This document shows, one piece after another, positions 1 through 7,382 of a stretch of 35,033 bases of DNA. The stretch is from Dehalococcoidia bacterium (GTDB lineage: Bacteria; Chloroflexota; Dehalococcoidia; GIF9; AB-539-J10): assembly GCA_030626915.1 (NCBI GenBank), contig DAOUTC010000001.1, positions 1 through 35,033 of the forward strand. Direction: 5' to 3'. Within the stretch, counting starts at the first letter, position 1. Each line of letters opens with the position of its first letter. The translations under genes were made by a program, and so were the position numbers. The notes below the pieces were generated by a model. That model was not told the DNA's origin. It saw only the letters and a list, made by a program, of their open reading frames with translations, and searched no databases.

Positions 1-28
1 ATTAAGAGGTTATTTTTTGGCTAAAATA

Positions 29-54
29 GGGCTCTTTGTCAAATTGTGTGGAAA
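29..54. repeat. IS terminal inverted repeat (end next to the transposase stop)
   Basis: Matches the reverse complement of 1310-1335. It overlaps the transposase stop codon and C-terminal codons. Confidence 0.7.
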
Positions 55-1247
55 CAGCTACGAGATGGTACAAAGCCCAGGAGCATCTTTCTCCAATAAA
101 CCTCCACATTTCTTAGGCCATAAGAAACCCGCTTTAGCATTTTGATTTTTGTATTGCAACCTTCGGTAAAACCATTAGTGGTGCCGTTATCAAAGTGATT
201 CAGGATAGGCTCCTTCCACCGTTTCAAGGTATTCCCCCACCTTATAAGCTCTCCATCATCACTCAATTTAAGATTAAAGATGATGTTATCCAGTATCCTG
301 GCAGCTTCTTCTTTGCTTTCTTGCCGGTAGAGTTCCCTTATCTTCTCCTTAGCCCAGTAAAAGCCCTTAAGGCTGGGATACTTATCCAGAAGTTCATCCA
401 CCCCCTGCCTCTTCTCCACACCAAGCTTCTCCCTGCCTATCAAGAATATCCTCTTGGGTATCTTTACCCTCCTCTTACGTAGTACATCTTGTTCTATCCT
501 TCTAGCTTCGTCCATTCTTCTGTTGGAATCGGCAATCACATGGAAAGGATCAACTACTACCTTAGCCTTAGGGAATACTTCTTCAGCTACCTTGCGTAGA
601 GATTCCTTCATATCTATGCATACCTCTTTAACCTTCTTTGCGGGAATCTTTTTCAGAAACATCTTGAGGGTGGCAATCCTATCGTCCCTCAGGATTCCCA
701 ACATCTTCCTCTTTTTAACCTCGGTTACTGTATGCACTAGCTCCTGATGTCTGAAGCTATGCTCATCGATGCCCAGGAATATTTCCTCCTCTTCCTTTAT
801 AAAGCCCAACGCTTCCTCATCTATCTCCCTCTCCAGAAGACGCCGCAAGGTGCCATAGCCCACTCCTAACTCTCTTTTTACCTGGTTGAAGCTTCTGTCC
901 CTGAGCTGCCATAGGGCTTCTGCCTCGGCCTGCCTGGTTAATCTTGAGTGGGGATGCACCAGTTCGGCTCCTCCGGTGAAGGAATGCCCACATTCGCGAC
1001 ATCGCCAGCGCTGTCGAGCAATCTCTATATAAACTTTCTTGCCTTGACTCCACCCGTGAAGCACTTTCCTCTTCTTAGCTCTCCCATGCCGATATAACCT
1101 CGTTGAATTGCAACATGGGCAGACTGGCTTCTTTAAGTCAGTCTGCACTTCTACCACTATCCCCTTTCCCTCTTTGGTCACCTTTCCCACCTCATATCCT
1201 TTAAGTCCCAGTAAAATTGTGGTACCATTTTCCCGGCTTTTAGCCAT
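39..1247 (-). CDS. ISL3-family DDE transposase
   Basis: 402 aa. N-terminal zinc-finger cysteine pairs (CPCCNS..., CRECGHSF) are followed by the family-typical C-terminal NGFTEGCNTKIKMLKR motif. ATG start at 1247. Confidence 0.9.
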   Translation of the reverse strand: MAKSRENGTTILLGLKGYEVGKVTKEGKGIVVEVQTDLKKPVCPCCNSTRLYRHGRAKKRKVLHGWSQGKKVYIEIARQRWRCRECGHSFTGGAELVHPHSRLTRQAEAEALWQLRDRSFNQVKRELGVGYGTLRRLLEREIDEEALGFIKEEEEIFLGIDEHSFRHQELVHTVTEVKKRKMLGILRDDRIATLKMFLKKIPAKKVKEVCIDMKESLRKVAEEVFPKAKVVVDPFHVIADSNRRMDEARRIEQDVLRKRRVKIPKRIFLIGREKLGVEKRQGVDELLDKYPSLKGFYWAKEKIRELYRQESKEEAARILDNIIFNLKLSDDGELIRWGNTLKRWKEPILNHFDNGTTNGFTEGCNTKIKMLKRVSYGLRNVEVYWRKMLLGFVPSRSCFHTI

Positions 1248-1309
1248 TGGTGGTAAGACCTCCTTCCGTTTATTTTCTCTTTGTTCCGGGTTCTTACCAC
1301 CTTATCACT

Positions 1310-1335
1310 TTTCTACACAAATCAGCATAGAGCCC
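1310..1335. repeat. IS terminal inverted repeat (end upstream of the transposase start)
   Basis: The reverse complement begins GGGCTCTATGCTGATTTGTGTAGAAA and pairs with 29-54. Confidence 0.7.
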
Positions 1336-1343
1336 ACCAGGAC

Positions 1344-1373
1344 TTGACAAATTTTCCATGGGTGTGTTATACT
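1344..1373 (+). promoter_or_regulatory. Near-consensus sigma-70 promoter with extended -10, no CDS downstream
   Basis: TTGACA (1344-1349), 18-nt spacer, TGt-TATACT (1365-1373). The first 12 nt, TTGACAAATTTT, are identical to the rpsL promoter at 10123-10134. Confidence 0.6.
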
Positions 1374-1379
1374 AAAAAC

Positions 1380-1547
1380 GTTCCGAGTAGTCAACCTGGA
1401 ACTTGGTAAGCGGAACCAAACACCGGAGAAGCGGAAGCTGAAAAGCGTGCGGAACTAAAAAGCCAAGCGCAAGGTAGGTGGAAACTGGAAGATGGGAGGT
1501 AACGAGGGCTAAGGAAAAGGGAGGTTACTCGGGACATTTTTTGTTTT
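1380..1547 (+). ncRNA. Candidate small RNA, purine-rich with 10 GGA motifs, family unknown
   Basis: Predicted start is about 7 nt after the -10. Positions 1380-1392 pair with 1523-1535 (13 bp including 3 G-U), followed by A-T6-G-T4. The interior is about three-quarters purine. No plausible plus-strand ORF. Confidence 0.45.
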
Positions 1548-1611
1548 CACCTGCAAAGCTCACATTACTCTTATAATTTCCCCCTTTAAAATTACTAGAG
1601 GCTAAAAGTAA

Positions 1612-3060
1612 TTATTGTGTTTCGCTGTCTTTAGTTAACTCAGGATATAAAATGCCAATAAAGGGTAGATTACGATATTCCCCTCCGTAATCTAAACCAT
1701 AGCCGACTACAAACTCGTCGGGGACCTCAAAACCTATATACTCAAGAGGGACATTTATCAATCGGCGTGCTCTCTTGTCAAGCAACGTGCAGACACGAAG
1801 ACTAGCTGGGTTTTGAGCTGAAAGGTGGCCGAGAACATAATTTAGTGTCATGCCAGTATCTACAATATCCTCGACCATCAATACATGCTGCCCGGTTATG
1901 CTGCTATCAAGATCTTTCGTTATTTTGACCACTTGGCCATCATCGCCACCGTAGTATGAGATAGCCATAAAATCGATCGTGACTGGCAAGGGAAGATGCT
2001 GCATCAAGTCAGCCATAAAGCAGACAACGCCCTTTAAAATACCAACCAAGACTAGACGCTGACCGGCGTAATCATGAGAGATATGCCGAGCTAAAGTTCT
2101 TACTCTCCGCTGGATTTGGCTATGAGTATAGAGAACCCGGCTTACTCCCTCCACCTTGGCTTTGCCTTGGGGACCATAGCCATACTTAGCCAGCAGTTTA
2201 AAAAAGTCGTTCTTGGTAAGAAGCTTAATATTGACTTCAGGATAGAGTTTCTTGAGCTGACGTAGTTTGCGATTTTTTTCCGTTATCAAGTTTTGCTTCA
2301 ATGTAGTGAGCTCAACATAAAGGTTTAGCTCAGGTAAATAGAAGTCGGGAGTGAACATTTCAGCTATTTCGCCATTCTGCCAGCGAAGAGGAAAGGAGCG
2401 AGGCTCATAAAGCCATTCAATGCAGTAGAAATCCAAAAGTTTGGCAAATTCCTCTTCACTAGGGTGAGCAAACTCCGTGGGTCTCAGCGATGTGGTAGGC
2501 GATTGAGGCACTTGAGCTAACTTTGCTTGCTTCTCATTCGCCTTGTATCCTCTAGTTAACAATTGGCGAAGCTCAGCCCTGTTCAAGAGAACAGCGCTTA
2601 TATTGGCAACGCTGCTAAGGAAGCTTTTATCAGCCTCTGCAAATTGATGAGGTTCACGCGTATACACTCTGATTTCACCAATAGTTTCTTCTTTTTCAAG
2701 TATAGGAGCTCCAAGTATAGAACATACTCTTTGTTCTTTTGCTATTTGAGGATGTTGAACCCGCTCGTCTTTGGTAGCATCGGGAACAACTACCACCTTG
2801 CCATCAAGAATTTCGGGGAGGCTCTTGTGAGCGTCCAGTGGGCTTTTTCTGAGATAGAGGTCGCTAAGACCATGAGCACCTACAGTGATTAAATATTCCT
2901 TCTTCGAGTCGAGGAGCGAAATACGGCAGCCATCTGCTTGCATCGCCTTGGTGGTGCTTTTAGCGATGGAATTAAAGGTCTTTCTTACACCAAAAGCCGA
3001 ATTGGCAACTTTGGCTATCTGTCTTAGAGCTAAATAATAACCACTCTTGGAGCGACTCAT
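1612..3060 (-). CDS. hpt: Three-domain fusion: GAF sensor + PD-(D/E)xK-like middle domain + hypoxanthine-guanine phosphoribosyltransferase
   Basis: 482 aa. Residues ~305-475 are a canonical HPRT (LVGILKG, DFMAISYYG, PRPP loop VEDIVDTGMT, VVGYGLDYGGEYRNLPFIGIL). Residues ~15-165 look GAF-like. Residues ~196-295 carry FTPDFYLPELNLYVELTTLK. Confidence 0.85.
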   Translation of the reverse strand: MSRSKSGYYLALRQIAKVANSAFGVRKTFNSIAKSTTKAMQADGCRISLLDSKKEYLITVGAHGLSDLYLRKSPLDAHKSLPEILDGKVVVVPDATKDERVQHPQIAKEQRVCSILGAPILEKEETIGEIRVYTREPHQFAEADKSFLSSVANISAVLLNRAELRQLLTRGYKANEKQAKLAQVPQSPTTSLRPTEFAHPSEEEFAKLLDFYCIEWLYEPRSFPLRWQNGEIAEMFTPDFYLPELNLYVELTTLKQNLITEKNRKLRQLKKLYPEVNIKLLTKNDFFKLLAKYGYGPQGKAKVEGVSRVLYTHSQIQRRVRTLARHISHDYAGQRLVLVGILKGVVCFMADLMQHLPLPVTIDFMAISYYGGDDGQVVKITKDLDSSITGQHVLMVEDIVDTGMTLNYVLGHLSAQNPASLRVCTLLDKRARRLINVPLEYIGFEVPDEFVVGYGLDYGGEYRNLPFIGILYPELTKDSETQ

Positions 3061-3069
3061 TTCTATTTT

Positions 3070-5565
3070 CTACTCACATTTGGTGAAACCACAATTAGGG
3101 CAGATATTACAGCCCTCCTGATGAATCAAAGGGCTGCCACACTCAGGACATTGCCCAGCCCAACTTTTGACCGCCTTAGCTACTTTGGAGTTGCTATCAT
3201 CCTCATTATTGACATATTTCTGCAACACAGTGGCAATAGCATCAGCACAAGACATAATAGCATGTCCTTGCTCCCAAGCAACGGAGGGACAGCGGATGCC
3301 ACGCAAATGCTCGGCAATAGAATTCACATCTACTCCAGCTCTCAGGGCTAAAGAAATAAGGCGACTAGTAGCCTCGAGTTGTGCTGCTGCACAACCCCCG
3401 GCTTTACCTAGAGTGGAGAAAACTTCAGCTATACCTTGCTCATCAAAATTTACCGTTACATAGATATAACCACATCCGGTGCTTACCCTTTCGGTTATGC
3501 CCTTAGTAACTTTAGGTCTTTTCCTGGGAACTAGCTTACCTGCAGCCTTTTCCCTCTTTTTACCTACGGTAAGAACCTGGCTTTCTCGGCTTCTATCTCG
3601 ATAAATGGTTATTCCTTTTAAGCCCTCGTGGTAAGCTAGCATGAATACTTTAGCCACATCCTCAGGCGTTGCTTCATAGGGGAAATTGACCGTCTTAGAA
3701 ACAGCACTATCAGTGAATTTCTGAAAGGCTGCTTGCATCCTAACATGCCATTCTGGGGATATATCATGAGCAGAGACAAAGAGACTCTTTACCTCTTCAG
3801 GTATACCCGGTATATCCCGTAGTTTTTTCCCTTCGGCTAGCTCCCTCATCAATTCTGAGGAATAAAACCCGCCCCTTTTAGCTGCCTCCTCAAAGTAAGG
3901 GTTTACCTCTACAAATTCTTCACCCTCGAGGATATGGCGTATATAGCTTAAAGCAAAGATTGGCTCGATGCCACTGGAGCAATTTGCAATTATGCTCAAG
4001 CTGCCAGTAGGTGCAATGGTAGTTCGAGAAGCATTTCGAAAACGAGGGCCACCGGGCACATCATAGATGCTCCCCTCAAAGGCAGGGAAAACGCCTCTTT
4101 CCTCTGCTAGCTCTATCGAAGCTTTATTTGCCTCCTCAGATATGAAATGCGTAACCTTTTCAGCTATGCTGACAGCTTCTTCACTATCGTAAGGAATACC
4201 AAGCTGGATTAGCATATCAGCAAAGCCCATCACCCCCAGACCTATTTTTCTAGTGGTTTTTGTCCTTTCAGCTATTTCAGGCAAAGGATATCGATTAACA
4301 TCTATAACATCATCGAGGAAGCGAACAGCTAGCTTAACCACTTGTGAGAGCTTAGCATAGTCAATTTGGGGTTGGTTATTCTGGCAAAGCACCATTTTGG
4401 ATAGATTTATGGAGCCTAAGTTACAAGATTCGAAGGGAAGTAACGGCTGTTCGCCACACGGGTTAGTACTTTCTATCTTGCCCAATTTAGGTGAAGGGTT
4501 ATGCCGGTTTATTTCGTCTATAAATACAGTGCCTGGGTCACCAGTGTGCCAAGCCATATTAACTACCCTATCGAATACTTCTTTGGCGTTAAGCTTATCG
4601 GTTACCTCTCCAGTTCGCGGGTTTACCAAATTGTAGTCAGCACCTTTCTCCACTGCTTCCATAAAGCTATCAGTTACAGCTACCGAGAGGTTAAAATTGG
4701 TTAGGGCCCCAGGATCCTCTTTAGCTGCAATGAACTTTAAGATATCGGGATGATCAATAGCTAGTATTGCTATGTTAGCCCCCCGACGCATACCACCTTG
4801 CTTTACCACATCAGTGGCTGTATCAAAAACTCGCATAAAAGAGACAGGACCGCTAGCAATGCCACCTGTGGAGCCAACCCTATCTTTTTCTGGTCTGAGT
4901 CGGGAAAAGGAAAAACCAGTGCCACCGCCGCTTTTATGAATTAAAGCAGTATATCGCACAGCATTAAAAATGGATTCCATAGAATCATCAACGGGGATAA
5001 CAAAACAGGCTGACAGTTGCCCTAATTCACCACCAGCGTTCATCAACGTAGGGGAATTAGGTAGAAATTCTAAATTTGCCATTAACTGGTAGAACGCCTC
5101 TTCCGTAGAGGAGACATCAGCTTCCGAGTCATAAAAGAGTTCAGCTGAGGCAATGTGCTTGGCTACACGACGAAATAACTCCTGTGGCGTTTCAATAACT
5201 TCCCCCTCTTCGTTCTTTTTCAAATATCTTTTCTTTAGAACTCTCAAGGAATTATCGCTAAGTTCAATTCCAGAAATGACTTGGCTACTTGCTTGGGGAG
5301 AAAACTCGTCTGCAGTTAGAACTTCACTGACTATTGCTTGGAGCTGGGAAGAGGATATGGGATACTTATGACGTGGTGAAACAAATTCCTCCATACCAGG
5401 TAGGGGTCGAGTTCTTTCCAAACGTTGCATCACTCGCCTTGTAAAGCTTTCCAACATGGTTCTATCGGTTATGCCCATGGATTCAGCGGCAGCAAAAACA
5501 GCTTGAGCTACTCTATCTCCATCAATGGGCCTGCCTTGGCTGCTTTTTCTGTGGGATTTAGCCAT
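3070..5565 (-). CDS. nrdJ: Class II (adenosylcobalamin-dependent) ribonucleotide reductase
   Basis: 831 aa. Contains RNR core motifs (NPCGEQPL, TIAPTGSLS) and a C-terminal Cys-rich zinc ribbon (CPECGSPLIHQEGCNICPNCG). No intein. Confidence 0.93.
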   Translation of the reverse strand: MAKSHRKSSQGRPIDGDRVAQAVFAAAESMGITDRTMLESFTRRVMQRLERTRPLPGMEEFVSPRHKYPISSSQLQAIVSEVLTADEFSPQASSQVISGIELSDNSLRVLKKRYLKKNEEGEVIETPQELFRRVAKHIASAELFYDSEADVSSTEEAFYQLMANLEFLPNSPTLMNAGGELGQLSACFVIPVDDSMESIFNAVRYTALIHKSGGGTGFSFSRLRPEKDRVGSTGGIASGPVSFMRVFDTATDVVKQGGMRRGANIAILAIDHPDILKFIAAKEDPGALTNFNLSVAVTDSFMEAVEKGADYNLVNPRTGEVTDKLNAKEVFDRVVNMAWHTGDPGTVFIDEINRHNPSPKLGKIESTNPCGEQPLLPFESCNLGSINLSKMVLCQNNQPQIDYAKLSQVVKLAVRFLDDVIDVNRYPLPEIAERTKTTRKIGLGVMGFADMLIQLGIPYDSEEAVSIAEKVTHFISEEANKASIELAEERGVFPAFEGSIYDVPGGPRFRNASRTTIAPTGSLSIIANCSSGIEPIFALSYIRHILEGEEFVEVNPYFEEAAKRGGFYSSELMRELAEGKKLRDIPGIPEEVKSLFVSAHDISPEWHVRMQAAFQKFTDSAVSKTVNFPYEATPEDVAKVFMLAYHEGLKGITIYRDRSRESQVLTVGKKREKAAGKLVPRKRPKVTKGITERVSTGCGYIYVTVNFDEQGIAEVFSTLGKAGGCAAAQLEATSRLISLALRAGVDVNSIAEHLRGIRCPSVAWEQGHAIMSCADAIATVLQKYVNNEDDSNSKVAKAVKSWAGQCPECGSPLIHQEGCNICPNCGFTKCE

Positions 5566-5568
5566 TTC

Positions 5569-6096
5569 TTACCTCTTCTTTCGGCTAATTAAGGAATTCA
5601 CCGCCTCGGAAGGCAACAGTGGTAATTGATTTGCTGGCGGCATCAAGATTTTCCCTTCCGCTAAGCTATCAACCTCCTGTTTCAAAGCACCAATATCAGC
5701 AAACTCACGGTAAACGCTAGCAAAGCGAATATAAGCGATATGATCAAGCTTTTCCAGCTCTCGCATAACCAAATCGCCAATAATGGAGCTAGAAATTTCA
5801 GCCTTACCTAAGCGATAAAACTCAGCTTCAATGTTGTCTATGAGCTTATCGATAGCTCCTGTGGGTAGAGGGCGTTTCTCACAAGCTTTACGGATTCCGC
5901 AGGAGAGCTTGTCTCGGCTGAATTCCTCGCGCCGCCCATCCTTCTTAACCACAAGGATATTATGAGACTGTACGCGCTCGTAAGTAGTGAAGCGAGCCCC
6001 ACAAGCAAGACACTTCCTCCGTCGTCTCACCCCCTCATCCACAGATCGAGAATCTAGCACCCTTGATTCCAGTCCACTACAGTAGGGACATTTCAT
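5569..6096 (-). CDS. nrdR: Transcriptional repressor NrdR
   Basis: MKCPYC...CLACGARFTTYE zinc ribbon plus an ATP-cone. I chose the ATG at 6096 because the track's TTG at 6108 lies inside the GGAGGA ribosome-binding site. Confidence 0.93.
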   Translation of the reverse strand: MKCPYCSGLESRVLDSRSVDEGVRRRRKCLACGARFTTYERVQSHNILVVKKDGRREEFSRDKLSCGIRKACEKRPLPTGAIDKLIDNIEAEFYRLGKAEISSSIIGDLVMRELEKLDHIAYIRFASVYREFADIGALKQEVDSLAEGKILMPPANQLPLLPSEAVNSLISRKKR

Positions 6097-6115
6097 AAGT
6101 TCCTCCAAGAATTGT

Positions 6116-6150
6116 ATTATAAAGAAATTTTACTACTATATGTAGTAAAA
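6116..6150 (-). promoter_or_regulatory. nrdR operon promoter (-10 TATAAT) overlapped by an NrdR-box-like palindrome
   Basis: Minus-strand TATAAT is at 6116-6121. A perfect inverted repeat TTTTACTAC-TATAT-GTAGTAAAA lies at 6128-6150. Its core ACTAcTATATgTAGT resembles the AT-rich 16-bp NrdR box. Confidence 0.55.
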
Positions 6151-6161
6151 AGCAAGTAAAG

Positions 6162-6194
6162 AAAAGGCGGTGTTTTGTAATTTCACCGCCTTTT
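6162..6194 (-). terminator. Rho-independent terminator after ftsZ (bidirectional geometry)
   Basis: Stem AAAAGGCGGTG / CACCGCCTTTT with an 11-nt loop. The minus strand continues TTTTCTTTAC. It lies 20 nt past the ftsZ stop. Confidence 0.75.
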
Positions 6195-6213
6195 CTTTGG
6201 TGAAGCTTAAGGT

Positions 6214-7341
6214 CTACTGCCAGGAAATTTTCGATGGCTGAGGGCTGAACTCTGTTTTATCCTTAATAGCGCTTACTAATTGAGAGGAAGGGTAGCGCTG
6301 ACTACGGCGCAAGAAAGAGGGAACATCAAGGGTTTCACCACTTTTTATTAAACGGCGAAGTTCCTCCAAATCAGGTGCTCCCTTGCCATACTGACTACTG
6401 AAGCCGGTGGCGATAACGGTGATCTTAACTTCGTTGTCCATCTTAGGATCAAAGACCACCCCAAATATGATGTTAGCTTTGGGAGCAACTGCTTGGCTAA
6501 TGACTTGAGCTGCTTCATTGCACTCAAAGAGAGTAAGGCTAGAACCGCCAGTGATATTGAACAGCACTCCTCTAGCTCCACTTATGGAGACATCGAGCAA
6601 CGGACTAGCCAGGGCAGTTTTAGCAGCTTCAGCGGCTCGATTCTGCCCGCTGCCTTTCCCTACAGACATCCATGCTGGGCCAGCGTCTTTCATCACCGAT
6701 TTAATATCAGCAAAATCAAGGTTAATTAACCCAGGAACAGTGACGACCTCAGAGATAGCCTGCACTCCGAGAAAAAGAGCGTCGTCAGCCATCTTAAAAG
6801 CGCTATCAACGGTTGTTTTGGCATCACAGAGCTGCAGGAGGCGGTCGTTAGGTATAATAATTAGTGTATCCACCTTATTACTCAACTTAAGTATGCCTTC
6901 TTCAGCTACTTCAGTTCGGTGTCCTCCTTCGAAAATGAAGGGCTTGGTCACCACACCGATGCTGAGAGCGCCAGATTCCTTAGCCGCTTGAGCCACAACA
7001 GGGATAGCTCCGGTGCCTGTGCCACCGCCCATGCCACAACTGATAAACACCATATCAGCCCCCTCGACGATTTCCTCAATTATCTGGCGGCTTTCCTCAG
7101 CTGCCTTAAGTCCCATTTCAGGGTTGCCGCCTACTCCTAATCCTCTAGTCAACTTCTCGCCTAATTGAATGCGGATAGGCGCCTCGGCCAATGTCAGAGC
7201 TTGCGCATCAGTATTCACAGCTATGAAATCAACGCCTCTAATGCCTTCGCGAACCATGCGGCTGATGGCATTACAGCCACCTCCACCAATGCCTATTGCC
7301 TTAATTTTTGCCGGTGTCGGAGCAACTATCGTTTTTGCCAT
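6214..7341 (-). CDS. ftsZ: Cell division GTPase FtsZ
   Basis: 375 aa. Tubulin signature GGGTGTG, NTDAQAL, and a conserved C-terminal peptide (DVPSFLRR). Confidence 0.97.
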   Translation of the reverse strand: MAKTIVAPTPAKIKAIGIGGGGCNAISRMVREGIRGVDFIAVNTDAQALTLAEAPIRIQLGEKLTRGLGVGGNPEMGLKAAEESRQIIEEIVEGADMVFISCGMGGGTGTGAIPVVAQAAKESGALSIGVVTKPFIFEGGHRTEVAEEGILKLSNKVDTLIIIPNDRLLQLCDAKTTVDSAFKMADDALFLGVQAISEVVTVPGLINLDFADIKSVMKDAGPAWMSVGKGSGQNRAAEAAKTALASPLLDVSISGARGVLFNITGGSSLTLFECNEAAQVISQAVAPKANIIFGVVFDPKMDNEVKITVIATGFSSQYGKGAPDLEELRRLIKSGETLDVPSFLRRSQRYPSSQLVSAIKDKTEFSPQPSKISWQ

Positions 7342-7382
7342 TTGAACCTCCTTTCTAAGAAACGTTAAAGTTTTGTCATCTC

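Larger units (their letters stand above)
29..1335 (-). mobile_element. ISL3-family insertion sequence (one transposase gene between imperfect terminal inverted repeats)
   Basis: Termini are GGGCTCTTTGTCAAATTGTGTGGAAA (29-54) and, reverse-complemented, GGGCTCTATGCTGATTTGTGTAGAAA (1310-1335), about 20/26 identical. GGCTCT-type ends and a 1.3-kb size fit ISL3. No 8-bp target duplication is present (flanks ctaaaata vs accaggac). Confidence 0.8.

Noticed and set aside
21-28. A search for an 8-bp target-site duplication flanking the IS.
   Set aside because: The flanks ctaaaata (21-28) and accaggac (1336-1343) do not match, and shifting the assumed IS ends by 1-2 nt does not help. The absence is reported as a finding instead.
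1391-1537. A 48-aa minus-strand ORF (MSRVTSLFLSPRYLPSSSFHLPCAWLFSSARFSASASPVFGSAYQVPG) inside the candidate sRNA region, with GGTGA 9 nt upstream.
   Set aside because: Its Ser/Phe/Leu/Pro-rich, low-complexity composition is what any pyrimidine-rich strand yields when translated. It has no recognisable family. The consensus promoter and the helix-plus-U-tract architecture are on the plus strand. It remains a formal alternative.
1380-1547. Could the candidate RNA be 6S RNA, SRP RNA or a riboswitch?
   Set aside because: 6S needs a long, largely double-stranded rod, and both halves here are purine-rich and cannot pair. The SRP domain IV core (GUCAGGUCCGGAAGGAAGCAGC-like) is absent, although one GGAA tetraloop is present. 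No downstream plus-strand gene exists for a riboswitch to control.
6111-6128. A possible second NrdR box (ATTGTATTATAAAGAAAT) next to the palindrome.
   Set aside because: It has poor dyad symmetry. The sequence is better explained as the minus-strand TATAAT -10 element of the nrdR promoter.
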